Below are positions 55,021-64,000 of a DNA stretch of 64,000 nucleotides, piece after piece. The translations under genes were made by a program, and so were the position numbers. How positions within the stretch are numbered: the stretch's first letter is position 1; each line of letters opens with the position of its first letter. The notes beneath the pieces were generated by a model. It saw only the letters and a program-made list of their open reading frames with translations, did not search any database and was not told the origin of the DNA. Location: the sequence record OK905446.1. One strand, written 5' to 3'.

Positions 55021-58000
55021 ATGTCGGAATTCCGCAGAGCATTTCGTGCGTCAGGTCTTGATGCAAGTAATCAAAACGTAATCAACGTAGCTAACCCAAG
55101 AACTGATGAACTGTTCGACGGTATTAACCAAGGTTACTTTATTGATGAAAACACCGTTCAAGAGTATGATTCAACACGAGCGCACTACAAAGTAGATTTC
55201 ATCGTTGAATTTAACCAACGTCTCTACAAAAATATTATTGAAGTCAACGCGCCCGAAGCATTCGATCCACAAAAGTGGAAGAAGATGCGTAACGACCCAG
55301 AATGGGAAGATACGGACTCTTCAGTTGGTGCTAACGTCGGTGACTTCTTATTGTTGACTGCTAGTTCAGCAATCACAGTTACACTACCAGCATCGCCACT
55401 TACTGGCGACACAGTAACAATCAAAGACGGGCGTGGCGTTATTTCAACATACCCATGTTCTATTGTTGCGGCTGGCGGTAAAACTATTCAGCATTACGGT
55501 ATCAATGGTGGCGTACAATCTGACACAAGTATTTCATTCAATCGCCCTTCAAGCACAATTTATCTTGTGTACAACGGGATTGCATGGACGTATCAGATCA
55601 ACCAACAACCATACCACACATACCTAGATGACAGTCACGCAAGCCAACAAGGCGCGTATCTGACAACTGGTGGTTACTTCACTAACGCCGGTGAAACTGT
55701 TACGTTTGACGGATCAGTGAAGAAAATTGCGATCTCGCTACCGCTTAACCCGAACGTGGGCGACACAATTCATCTTAAAGATGTTGCGTATCTTGAAAAT
55801 CAAACGACAATTCAAATTGGCGTGCGAACAGTGTCAACTGGTCAAATTGTTCAAGACCCGTTCTCAGGTGTTCGTAGCAATACGATCAGCTTAGATACAA
55901 TCGGTGCGGCTGACATCACATTCATTGATGACAACGGCACAGGCGTGTGGATTATCACACTTGCGAACAACCCACACTTGTGGAACTACGTAGGTGAATC
56001 AAGCTCAGTAACGCTTAAACCACGTACTCGTTACGCGATTGAAATCGCAGATGCTGTACCGTCAATGACGATCACTCTACCAGAAAAACCAGTTGATGGT
56101 GACTGGATTGAGATTTCGCATAACAAAACAGCACATAAAACAGTAACAGTTCAAGTACACCCGAACTTCGGTGATAATGACCCGGGTCATGGCGTCGATG
56201 AATACAAAGTATTCTTGGACTTTGAAACGTATCGTTACCAGAAATATCGTCACTATGTTGACTTCGTTCCGTTCTTCGTTGAATCGTTCGAAATCAGCGA
56301 TTATGACAGCGGCTACTCGTTTGTTCTGTACTACGACGGCACACGTAAAGTATGGTCGTTCGGTAACATTGCAACTCGTATCGACGTTGCAGATGAACTA
56401 CATCGTAAACGCCCAGGTATTGTTCCGTTAGCGGACCCTACTGAAGCACTTGCACACGGTATTGAGTACGCACACCCAGAAGACGCAGCACAGCCATGGG
56501 CTGATCAAAGTCCTCTAAAAGATCACGTAATCACGGTTGAAACTCTAGATGCACGTCGTGCAGCAGAAGATCAAGTCGGTATTGCGCGTATTGCTACACT
56601 CGATACTGATGAAGCACTTGAAGAATCACGTTCAGGGACGCTTGTTCGTTACCCAGATTCAGCATTCAGACATGATATTATTATCACGCCTCGAAGCTTG
56701 AACGCAAGAACTGCTACAGAGACACGTCGTGGTGTTGTTGAAATCGCAACACAGACTGAAACTCGAAGCACAACTAACGATGTACAAGTACTGACACCGA
56801 AGAAGTTTCATGCTGCTCAAGCGGAAGAGAATTTAACAGGTGTAGCAGAGCTTGTCAAGGCTTCTAACAACATAAATGCAAACGGAACGCTAGGTTCTAC
56901 TGCAAATATGCGTTCTGACAGAACAGTTAACGGTCTAGTTGATACAGTATACGACATCAATGATCATGTTCGTATCGTAACACCGAAGATGCTTAATGAA
57001 TATCGCGCTACTGAGAACCAACCGGGTACATTGTGGGTTGCTAAATCAAGCGAACTTCGCGTTAACGATTCTACAGTAGATGACGCAATCATCACGCCTA
57101 AGAAATTAGCAGCGTGGAAAGCAAGTGCAACGATTCGCGGTATTGCTCGTTCAGCCACACAAACTGAAGCGAATGCAATTACTGGCTCAGGTGAATCATG
57201 GACTACTGTGTTCATCACGCCAGAAACATTGCATAACCGTTCAGCTACTGAAACACGTCGCGGTGTTGCAGAGATTGCTACACAAGCTGAAGTTGATGCT
57301 GGTTCTCTTGATACGCATATCGTTAGCCCACTGAAACTACAAACGTGGCTTGCTTACGATCACTTTACAAGTGACGGTGTGTTGCAAGGTGCAGGTTACG
57401 GCGTATCTGGTATCTCTCATACAGGCGATATTTGGAACGGCATCAATCTTGAGATTGCACTAGCGACTGAGACTCAACGTGGTACGCTTGAAGTTGCAAC
57501 GCAATCTGAAGCAAACGCACAACTAGTACCGTCAGATACGAAGATCATCACGCCTGCGAAACTGAATGCACGTCGTGCAACAGAATCACTAGCGGGTATC
57601 GCTGAACTTGCAACAACTGGCGAGATTGATACAGGTACAGATGATGTAACTATTGTTACGCCTGCTAAATTGCTGCACTGGACTCGCAACAGTACAAACT
57701 CACGTGCGACTGAATCTCAATGGGGTACAGTTCATAACGCGACTATTGCAGAAACGTTCGTTGGTAACGACACAGTTGGTTCAACACAGCCATATACGTC
57801 TTACTTGCGTAACACATATGCAGTAACTCCGTACGGCTTGCATTACGCATTGCGTAACTACTTGCCATTACATGCAAAAGCTGATGATTCAGAATTGCTA
57901 GACGGTATAGACAGCACGCAGTTTGCACGTAGCGACGAATCAGATGTGATTGACGGCGTTTACACATTCACACAGAATGATTTGATTGTTCGCGGGGAAT

Positions 58001-58761
58001 CGCCGCGTTTAACACTGATTGAAACAGATCAATCTAATAAAGAATGGAATGTTCTTGTCAGCCTTTCAGGATTGAGCATTCGAGAAGACGGATCAGCAAC
58101 TGTTCGCCAATTGTTTGCTGCGAACGGTGATACTTCGTTTCAAAATGGTTCGGGTATTGTTCGAGTGAATGACGGTGCTTCGGCAACTGATGCTTCTCGA
58201 CTATTCGTTACTGGTGCGGTTACTGAGACTCAAAGCACTGCAAACGTCGATGGTACATACGCGACTTACAGCAGCCCAGCAGCAGGAACACTACGTCAGA
58301 AGTACTTGGGTATTAATAACGTAGCTAAAGCGGCTGAGAAGTGGGTTACAGCGCGTACAGTGACACTAACTGGCGACTTGACTGGTAACTTCACAATTGA
58401 CGGAAGCGGAAACGTTTCAACAAACGTGCAAGTTAATGACAATAGCCACAATCACTCTGGTGAGAACATCACTAGCGGTACAATTGCAAACGCTCGACTA
58501 ATCAAGTCAAGTCGTACAAGTCAAGGTATCGTTCAAGTAACAAGTGACGTTCGTACAGCCGATCCGGTGAATGCGTCAGACCCACACCAAGCTCTATCGG
58601 CAGGTGCAGGTAAGACGCTTTCTGAGCGTATCGACTTGTTCACGCCAGACGGCGGTACAGGCGACAGTGTTAAATACAGAGACTATATTCAAGTTGGCTC
58701 TGTAAGAATGTCAACAAACAATCAAGGCGTGCTGGAGTTCACTTTCGGTCACGCGATATAA
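55021..58761 (+). CDS. 34: Long tail fibre proximal subunit
   Basis: Start MSEFRRAFRASGLDA; repeated ATETRRG.AEIATQ.E motifs; divergent from rnh as in T4. Confidence 0.95.
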   Translation: MSEFRRAFRASGLDASNQNVINVANPRTDELFDGINQGYFIDENTVQEYDSTRAHYKVDFIVEFNQRLYKNIIEVNAPEAFDPQKWKKMRNDPEWEDTDSSVGANVGDFLLLTASSAITVTLPASPLTGDTVTIKDGRGVISTYPCSIVAAGGKTIQHYGINGGVQSDTSISFNRPSSTIYLVYNGIAWTYQINQQPYHTYLDDSHASQQGAYLTTGGYFTNAGETVTFDGSVKKIAISLPLNPNVGDTIHLKDVAYLENQTTIQIGVRTVSTGQIVQDPFSGVRSNTISLDTIGAADITFIDDNGTGVWIITLANNPHLWNYVGESSSVTLKPRTRYAIEIADAVPSMTITLPEKPVDGDWIEISHNKTAHKTVTVQVHPNFGDNDPGHGVDEYKVFLDFETYRYQKYRHYVDFVPFFVESFEISDYDSGYSFVLYYDGTRKVWSFGNIATRIDVADELHRKRPGIVPLADPTEALAHGIEYAHPEDAAQPWADQSPLKDHVITVETLDARRAAEDQVGIARIATLDTDEALEESRSGTLVRYPDSAFRHDIIITPRSLNARTATETRRGVVEIATQTETRSTTNDVQVLTPKKFHAAQAEENLTGVAELVKASNNINANGTLGSTANMRSDRTVNGLVDTVYDINDHVRIVTPKMLNEYRATENQPGTLWVAKSSELRVNDSTVDDAIITPKKLAAWKASATIRGIARSATQTEANAITGSGESWTTVFITPETLHNRSATETRRGVAEIATQAEVDAGSLDTHIVSPLKLQTWLAYDHFTSDGVLQGAGYGVSGISHTGDIWNGINLEIALATETQRGTLEVATQSEANAQLVPSDTKIITPAKLNARRATESLAGIAELATTGEIDTGTDDVTIVTPAKLLHWTRNSTNSRATESQWGTVHNATIAETFVGNDTVGSTQPYTSYLRNTYAVTPYGLHYALRNYLPLHAKADDSELLDGIDSTQFARSDESDVIDGVYTFTQNDLIVRGESPRLTLIETDQSNKEWNVLVSLSGLSIREDGSATVRQLFAANGDTSFQNGSGIVRVNDGASATDASRLFVTGAVTETQSTANVDGTYATYSSPAAGTLRQKYLGINNVAKAAEKWVTARTVTLTGDLTGNFTIDGSGNVSTNVQVNDNSHNHSGENITSGTIANARLIKSSRTSQGIVQVTSDVRTADPVNASDPHQALSAGAGKTLSERIDLFTPDGGTGDSVKYRDYIQVGSVRMSTNNQGVLEFTFGHAI

Positions 58762-58769
58762 GGTGACTT

Positions 58770-61448
58770 ATGTACGAAAGACTTAAACGTGATGGCGATT
58801 GGCTTCTTGTCTTTCGCCACGACTCTACGGGAGGTGTTTATTTCACCTCCAACGCTGAGGCTAGAAGTGTCGGGTCAGATCCCGACATTGAAGCTAAATT
58901 CAGTGCATTAAATGGGCTTGAGGAATTTCGCCGTGAAGACGGCAAATTCCAATTCAAGCTACACTACCCTGAACTCGGTGTAACTAACATTTGGAAGCAG
59001 AGTAACAACTTTGCAGCAAGCAGCGTTGGTCAATTTCTAACAAACGGTAACTTAGCAGGCGGCGTATCTGTAACTGAGCAGACATCGACAACAGGCACGT
59101 GGAATATCATCGAGAAATCGAATCCCGGGTCGTCGAAGTATACAATAGAACAGCCAACGCCTGCAATAAACAATCAGCTAAGATTTGATATACCTCAAAC
59201 ACGTTTACTTCCAAACAGAACATATACACTGTCTTGTTGGGTGGGATATGAAAACGAATCAGACCATGATACCGCGGCGATTTTCCATGCGCAATGGTTC
59301 AATGCGTCAGGTACAGCGTCTTCACTAAGCCCGACTCCCGGTGATGTTTTCGAAGCAGCGGGAAATGAAGTAACAATTGACGGCATCGTGTGGAAACGAC
59401 ACTATGCTAGAATCACAACACCATCGTCTCTAAACACGTCAAATATGTCGTGGTTTGTCGGCTATACGAACACAAGTGGTCAAGTTCCGTCTGGAAAACG
59501 TTGGATTACCAACTTTATGGTGTCAGATGCACCATTGATCAAAAACTACACGGGCGATTATGATGCGTATGCAGGGGGGGTTCGTGGATATGAAGCAATC
59601 TCGATTCAGTCTACAGCTAGTAGCTGGGGTGGCTTAGAGTTCAATACGGGACCTCAGTCACTTGCAGATGGTTCGGTTAATAGCACATCGTGGTGGTATG
59701 CAATTGGTCAACAAGAAGCATATACTGGAAATACAACGCCAGGTCCCGGTCAAACAGTAAACATTACTGAACTGTGGATTTATGCACCAGTTGGCTCGAT
59801 GATAGGCGAGTATGAGCTTGCAACGCGACATCTAAGAGAGTTTTCAAACAACAATTTTAGACTAGTAGCAACAGGTGTAGCAAACGGAAGCTCAAATCTA
59901 GCATCATGCTATTTGAATGACGTTAGCGTATTCACACCAGAAGCAAGAGCAACTTCACAAATCAGAATCATCATTTTTAATGATAACATGACAGTGAAGA
60001 CAAACAGCAAATATCTGCTAAACAACTCGACGCAGAGAAGTAACTTTATCAATGCGCTGAATAACTTGACAAATGAGATATTCCTTATCATATCGAACGG
60101 GTCAATGTATGCAGATACTGCGGTAGATACTGCAATCAATCAATACAGACCAGTTGAGTATCGAGGTGCTTCGTATTTCGGAAATTATCCGTATAGCTAC
60201 GCTGCATTTGGTCGCGCTGATCTGGGAATTGTATATGATCGTTGTATTCACATCGCTGAGGGTGATAGCATTGTAGATACTGCATTCGAAGACAAAGATG
60301 GAATCGGTTCAGCGGGTTACGGCAACGCTTTATTAGCGCGTGATCTTGTGCCAGTCGATCAACGCCAGAACATTGCTGATTTCGGAATAGTCGAGGGTCA
60401 AAATTTGATTTACAAAGTCAGAGCTTGTATTGACCGAACAACTGCAATCGGTAACGGAACTAAATCTTGCAACTTGAGATTCTACAACGCTATCAATGCT
60501 GAAATAGGTCGTCAGAATGCTATATTTGGTTCGTCTGAAATGTTCGAAACTCAAGAGTACTTTGTACCTGTACCAGCAGGCGCAGTTACATTTGGTGTAT
60601 GGTCTGACTTAGATCAAGAGTATTTTGACTATGCTCTATTGTTCAAAGGCGGATTTTCTGCGCCAGACGGCGTGCCTCATATGATCTCGAACATCAATGG
60701 TATGGCTGCTCAAGACGTAATCAACTCGCCAATCTCAGGAAATGCAGTTGATAACACAAGTTGGCTTAATGCATACAATTCAGATTCGAATCTGTATGAC
60801 GGTGTTACAATGCCTGTTCTAGAAAGTGACAACGTTCATTGGGGTAACTATGTTTTATCAAATGGCGAAAAAGTTTTCACTCGTTCAACTGGCGCAACTT
60901 CTTGGATTGAATTGGATGAAGTTGACATTGATCCGTCTAGACCATACTTTGCTTCAATGTGGGTTAACTCAATTGACAAAGATAACGGTTCACTGACATT
61001 CGGCTGTGAGGTAAAAACTGCACTTGACTCGACAACTTCTCTAGTCAAGAGTGATGGAACTGATGCTGTATTGTTTCCGACTACTCAAGTCGTAGACAAC
61101 TTCCCGGCTGACAACGGAAAATGGATTCTTCTTCAGACGTTCATACTACCACATGATTGGACTGATGAACAACACCAAGAATTCGAAGATAAGTTCGAGA
61201 ACTACTTCGGTGTTCACAACCCTGAAGATGATACTACGTTGAAAACAGCGAAAGGCATCGGTTATTACACTACAGCTACTAGCGTACTAAGATGGAAATC
61301 AGATCATGCTAAGTTTAATCTGAGATTCAGAGATACAGCGTCAATAACTGAAAGTCAAACAATGTGGGCATTGCCTATCGTGTCTGAAGTTAAAGTTGCT
61401 TGTTTCTATGAGAACACGTTAACAGCCATTGACTATTCAATGAAATAA
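58770..61448 (+). CDS. 35: Tail fibre hinge/knee protein, extended (892 aa) with fibrinogen-like and lectin-like domains
   Basis: Follows gene 34; WLLVFRHD...WKQS / WGGL...WWYAIG fibrinogen-like motifs; ILEI-like segment. Confidence 0.75.
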   Translation: MYERLKRDGDWLLVFRHDSTGGVYFTSNAEARSVGSDPDIEAKFSALNGLEEFRREDGKFQFKLHYPELGVTNIWKQSNNFAASSVGQFLTNGNLAGGVSVTEQTSTTGTWNIIEKSNPGSSKYTIEQPTPAINNQLRFDIPQTRLLPNRTYTLSCWVGYENESDHDTAAIFHAQWFNASGTASSLSPTPGDVFEAAGNEVTIDGIVWKRHYARITTPSSLNTSNMSWFVGYTNTSGQVPSGKRWITNFMVSDAPLIKNYTGDYDAYAGGVRGYEAISIQSTASSWGGLEFNTGPQSLADGSVNSTSWWYAIGQQEAYTGNTTPGPGQTVNITELWIYAPVGSMIGEYELATRHLREFSNNNFRLVATGVANGSSNLASCYLNDVSVFTPEARATSQIRIIIFNDNMTVKTNSKYLLNNSTQRSNFINALNNLTNEIFLIISNGSMYADTAVDTAINQYRPVEYRGASYFGNYPYSYAAFGRADLGIVYDRCIHIAEGDSIVDTAFEDKDGIGSAGYGNALLARDLVPVDQRQNIADFGIVEGQNLIYKVRACIDRTTAIGNGTKSCNLRFYNAINAEIGRQNAIFGSSEMFETQEYFVPVPAGAVTFGVWSDLDQEYFDYALLFKGGFSAPDGVPHMISNINGMAAQDVINSPISGNAVDNTSWLNAYNSDSNLYDGVTMPVLESDNVHWGNYVLSNGEKVFTRSTGATSWIELDEVDIDPSRPYFASMWVNSIDKDNGSLTFGCEVKTALDSTTSLVKSDGTDAVLFPTTQVVDNFPADNGKWILLQTFILPHDWTDEQHQEFEDKFENYFGVHNPEDDTTLKTAKGIGYYTTATSVLRWKSDHAKFNLRFRDTASITESQTMWALPIVSEVKVACFYENTLTAIDYSMK

Positions 61449-61449
61449 G

Positions 61450-61470
61450 AAAGCCCCATGGGGCTTTTTT
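61450..61470 (+). terminator. Intrinsic terminator after gene 35
   Basis: AAGCCC-CAT-GGGCTT-TTTTT. Confidence 0.75.
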
Positions 61471-61492
61471 TGTACGCGAAGCAAAAAGGTAA

Positions 61493-61557
61493 GAGGCGGA
61501 AAAATTCCGTCTCATCTTAGTAGAATTAGTGGTTTTAGTGAAGTTAGTAATATTAGT
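61493..61557 (+). repeat. 21-bp palindrome plus five 9-bp-periodic TTAGT cores (copy B)
   Basis: Palindrome 61493-61513; TTAGT at 61517, 61526, 61535, 61544, 61553. Confidence 0.9.
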
Positions 61558-61567
61558 GAGATTCTTG

Positions 61568-61596
61568 TTTACAGAAACCCGAATGATATGTATACT
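61568..61596 (+). promoter_or_regulatory. uvsY promoter TTTACA-17-TATACT
   Basis: TTGTTTACA...TATACT, 20 bp upstream of the uvsY ATG. Confidence 0.75.
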
Positions 61597-61616
61597 TGAT
61601 GGAGCGAGGGTATTAT

Positions 61617-62030
61617 ATGAAGCTACAAGATTTAAAAGCACAATACCATGAAGACGTTAAGATCGATACGACTGCACTAGAAACAGCAGCCGTACGCATC
61701 CCTGTTCTTCATGCAAAGTGGCTTGCATATCGAGCCGATGCAAGACAACTTCTTATTAAAGCTGAAATGAAAATGGAAGCTGTGAGAAAAGACCGCTGGC
61801 TCTTTTATAGCGGCAAACACGATGATGAAGTTTGTGATTTCATCGTTGAGAAGAGTGAAATGAAGTACGCACTTGCAGGTGATGAATATCTACAAGTTGC
61901 GATTGCTCGTTTCCAACACATGAAAGATACGTTGTCTTTCATCGAAGAGGCTTTAAAAGGCATTAGCCAAATGGGCTTCACAATTAAACACATTATTGAT
62001 AACAGAAAAATTGAGAGTGGCATAGTATGA
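61617..62030 (+). CDS. uvsY: Recombination mediator
   Basis: EDVKID...LHAKWL...FYSGK...KSEMKYALAGD...GFTIKHIIDNRKIESG. Confidence 0.95.
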   Translation: MKLQDLKAQYHEDVKIDTTALETAAVRIPVLHAKWLAYRADARQLLIKAEMKMEAVRKDRWLFYSGKHDDEVCDFIVEKSEMKYALAGDEYLQVAIARFQHMKDTLSFIEEALKGISQMGFTIKHIIDNRKIESGIV

Positions 62031-62440
62031 TCATCGAAACTATCAAAGCAACACGTCTACAAGCACGTAAAGACCGTAACAACGCAGTGGCATCCGTTCT
62101 GGGTGTTATCATGGGTGAACTTGACCGTCGTCAGAAGCACGATGACGAATCTTGTATCAAAGTAATCTCTAGCGCGATTGACAACAACAAACTAGCACTT
62201 GAGCACGCTCAAGGCGACCACGTTGACATTCTTAACAAAGAAAACGCTGTGCTTGAGTCTCTATTACCTGCGAAAATCTCAGACTCTGAACTAGATACGT
62301 TCGTTTCTGAATTCGTTCTTGAATCTGGTTCTGACTCTATGCGTGACATGGGTAAACTGATGGGTGCTTTGAAAGCAACTGGTAAAGTTTTCGATGGTGG
62401 CAAAGCGTCTGCTCTATTCAAACTAGCAATCGGTCTGTAA
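62027..62440 (+). CDS. GatB/YqeY-domain protein
   Basis: LQARK...LESLLP...DMGKLMGALK...FDG..AS. Confidence 0.85.
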   Translation: MIIETIKATRLQARKDRNNAVASVLGVIMGELDRRQKHDDESCIKVISSAIDNNKLALEHAQGDHVDILNKENAVLESLLPAKISDSELDTFVSEFVLESGSDSMRDMGKLMGALKATGKVFDGGKASALFKLAIGL

Positions 62441-62441
62441 T

Positions 62442-62606
62442 ATGCAGACTGATTACATTAAATACAAAGTAGTGACGCATAACAATTCAAAAACTTTTGA
62501 AGAAGAAGTGCAGCAACTACTTAACGAGGGATGGGAACTGCATGGCTCTTTGCAAGTCGACCGGTTCTACCTCTACCAATCACTAATAAAAACGGGGTTA
62601 GACTAA
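62442..62606 (+). CDS. Small DUF1737-like protein (54 aa)
   Basis: YKVVT...FEEEVQQLLNEGWELHGS. Confidence 0.65.
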   Translation: MQTDYIKYKVVTHNNSKTFEEEVQQLLNEGWELHGSLQVDRFYLYQSLIKTGLD

Positions 62607-62776
62607 TGGCACATTGTGTTGTATGTAAACAGCCAATTAAAGAAGGCGATGTCACTATCGACACGCCACAAGGCACTGTACACGCAGGTCAATGTCAGCA
62701 ACATCTTGCCGAAATGGCGATGTCTGAATCTGGCGGTGATCAGCAGCTAGTTGAAACACAACTTCTAAACGGGTAA
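62606..62776 (+). CDS. UvsY.-2-like small protein
   Basis: Start MAHCVVCKQPI...GTVHAGQC...SES...ETQLL. Confidence 0.8.
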   Translation: MAHCVVCKQPIKEGDVTIDTPQGTVHAGQCQQHLAEMAMSESGGDQQLVETQLLNG

Positions 62777-62780
62777 AGAT

Positions 62781-62891
62781 ATGAGCAGAGATCGCAAACG
62801 AGATCGAGGGTTCTTCGATTGGTTATTTTATCCAATTGAATTATTGTTTGAGATAATCGGTGCGATTCTCTCGGCAATCTTTTCTGACTAA
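62781..62891 (+). CDS. Small membrane peptide (36 aa)
   Basis: MSRDRKRDRGFFDWLFYPIELLFEIIGAILSAIFSD. Confidence 0.5.
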   Translation: MSRDRKRDRGFFDWLFYPIELLFEIIGAILSAIFSD

Positions 62892-62892
62892 T

Positions 62893-62920
62893 AAAAAAGG
62901 GAGCTAATTGCTCCCTTTTT
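62893..62920. terminator. Bidirectional terminator
   Basis: A6-GGGAGC-TAATT-GCTCCC-T5 between convergent genes. Confidence 0.85.
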
Positions 62921-62925
62921 CGTAT

Positions 62926-64000
62926 CTATGCGGCAAGGTCTACTTTCTTAACTGCATATTTGAACTCTTCTTGGTTGTAAAGCTCAATACGCTGCATCCC
63001 ATGCTTCATCGTATAATTTACGTGTGTATACGGCTTCTTAGCGTTCGCACGTTTCGGCTTGATTGCTAAGTTGTCGATAATATCAAACAGCTTCGCAGTA
63101 ACTTTCGAACCGTGTTTACGTAGAATACGACCAATCGACTGCAAGTTGATGATCTTACTCTTCGTTGGGTGAGCGAAGATTACGTTGTGAAGTTTCTTGA
63201 TACTGATACCAGTCGAGAATACACCATACGACGCGACGATAATCGCACCATCAATGTCTTCTGCAATCTTCTTCACATGCGTGCGGTCATCGGTTTTAGT
63301 CTCACCTGATACGTAGAACACTTTCTCAGGGTCATAAACTTTCTTCAATGCTTCGTACAGCAACTTACCATGCTTGATGTTCTTAAACAGCAATAGCGTG
63401 TTTTCGCCTTTCTTGGCACTTAGATGATGCGCAAGCTTGATCAAATAACGATTTCGCTGCTTGTTCTCAAGAATGAATTTCATTTCTTCTTGATATGAAC
63501 TGCCTTTCATTTCATCACGCAGTGGCTGTGGATATTCGAGCATTAAGCAGTTGATCTTCAGATCAGTTACTTGTCCCTCTTCCATTAGCTGTGCAGTTGA
63601 AACAGGTCGGAAAATATCACCGAATGAACCCACATACTGTAGAATATTCGCTTTACCGTCTCTAAGTGAGCCAGTCAATCCGATTTTGTATTCACAGTTG
63701 GTCATTTTCTTGATAATGCCGTCTAATGACTTACCCGTTGCTAAGTGACATTCATCGACTAGCAACATACCAAACTGATCAAACCATGCTTTGTCTTGCT
63801 TAACAGCCGACTGCCATGTTGAAACGACAATGTTACAATCACCGATTGCATCACGGTCAACACCACCGCGAATCTGATAAATATCGCCATGTTCGAATAA
63901 ACGATAATCTAAGAAGTCATCACGCATTTGCTGAACAAGTGCAGTGGTCGGTACGATAATCAATACTTTCTGACACTCGTGATTCTCTAAGAACCATTTG
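62926..64000 (-). CDS. uvsW: SF2 helicase UvsW, 3' part (5' end beyond window)
   Basis: IIVPT, STWQS, VDECH, GLTGS, FSTGISIK, QSIGRILR. Confidence 0.96.
   Translation of the reverse strand, partial: KWFLENHECQKVLIIVPTTALVQQMRDDFLDYRLFEHGDIYQIRGGVDRDAIGDCNIVVSTWQSAVKQDKAWFDQFGMLLVDECHLATGKSLDGIIKKMTNCEYKIGLTGSLRDGKANILQYVGSFGDIFRPVSTAQLMEEGQVTDLKINCLMLEYPQPLRDEMKGSSYQEEMKFILENKQRNRYLIKLAHHLSAKKGENTLLLFKNIKHGKLLYEALKKVYDPEKVFYVSGETKTDDRTHVKKIAEDIDGAIIVASYGVFSTGISIKKLHNVIFAHPTKSKIINLQSIGRILRKHGSKVTAKLFDIIDNLAIKPKRANAKKPYTHVNYTMKHGMQRIELYNQEEFKYAVKKVDLAA

Noticed and set aside
56500-57760. Repeated ATETRRG/EIATQ segments as a DNA repeat element
   Set aside because: These are the normal protein-level repeats of gp34
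61493-61557. CRISPR array or mini-array interpretation of the periodic repeats
   Set aside because: Period is 9 bp with 5-bp cores and no unique spacers of CRISPR length; no cas genes in the window
1768-63748. Numerous 60-160 aa antisense or nested ORFs in the track (e.g. 2743..3117, 10284..10769, 39248..39670)
   Set aside because: They lie opposite well-supported genes, lack SD and recognisable motifs, and reflect codon-bias shadows
1-64000. tRNA, rRNA, integrase or transposase genes
   Set aside because: No cloverleaf-compatible intergenic stretch or recombinase motif recognised by eye; a covariance-model scan would be needed to exclude small RNAs

Overview
64-kb segment of a large lytic T4-type (Straboviridae) myophage. 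Gene order and content point to a KVP40-like Vibrio phage (recalled similarity, not a search): a short gp24 sits next to gp55, gp39/60 is fused, rpbA is absent from its T4 position after gene 45, there is a Sir2, and there is an MSHA-like pilin N-terminus. The window holds most of the replication, recombination and nucleotide-metabolism core: rnlA, 43, regA, 62/44/45, 46/47, 55, 30, 39/60, td, dexA, dut, 61, nrdD/G, 41, uvsX, frd, 32, 59, 33, dsbA, rnh, uvsY and partial uvsW. It also holds the spanins, gp24, tail-fibre genes 34/35 and many small accessory ORFs driven by repeated terminator-promoter cassettes. Most notable: (1) two inverted copies, 42.6 kb apart, of a cassette made of terminator + palindrome + five TTAGT cores at exact 9-bp period + sigma70-type promoter, one directly upstream of uvsY (candidate iteron origin or activator array); (2) a late operon encoding proteins with T4 capsid-targeting-like N-termini, including a SAM-dependent methyltransferase (candidate virion-injected methylase); (3) a 61-aa type IV prepilin mimic; (4) an Alt-like ADP-ribosyltransferase facing a second late internal-type protein; (5) two orphan PD-(D/E)xK nucleases; (6) promoters whose -10 box lies in the loop of an inverted repeat. 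No tRNA, rRNA, CRISPR array, intron or integrase was recognised.
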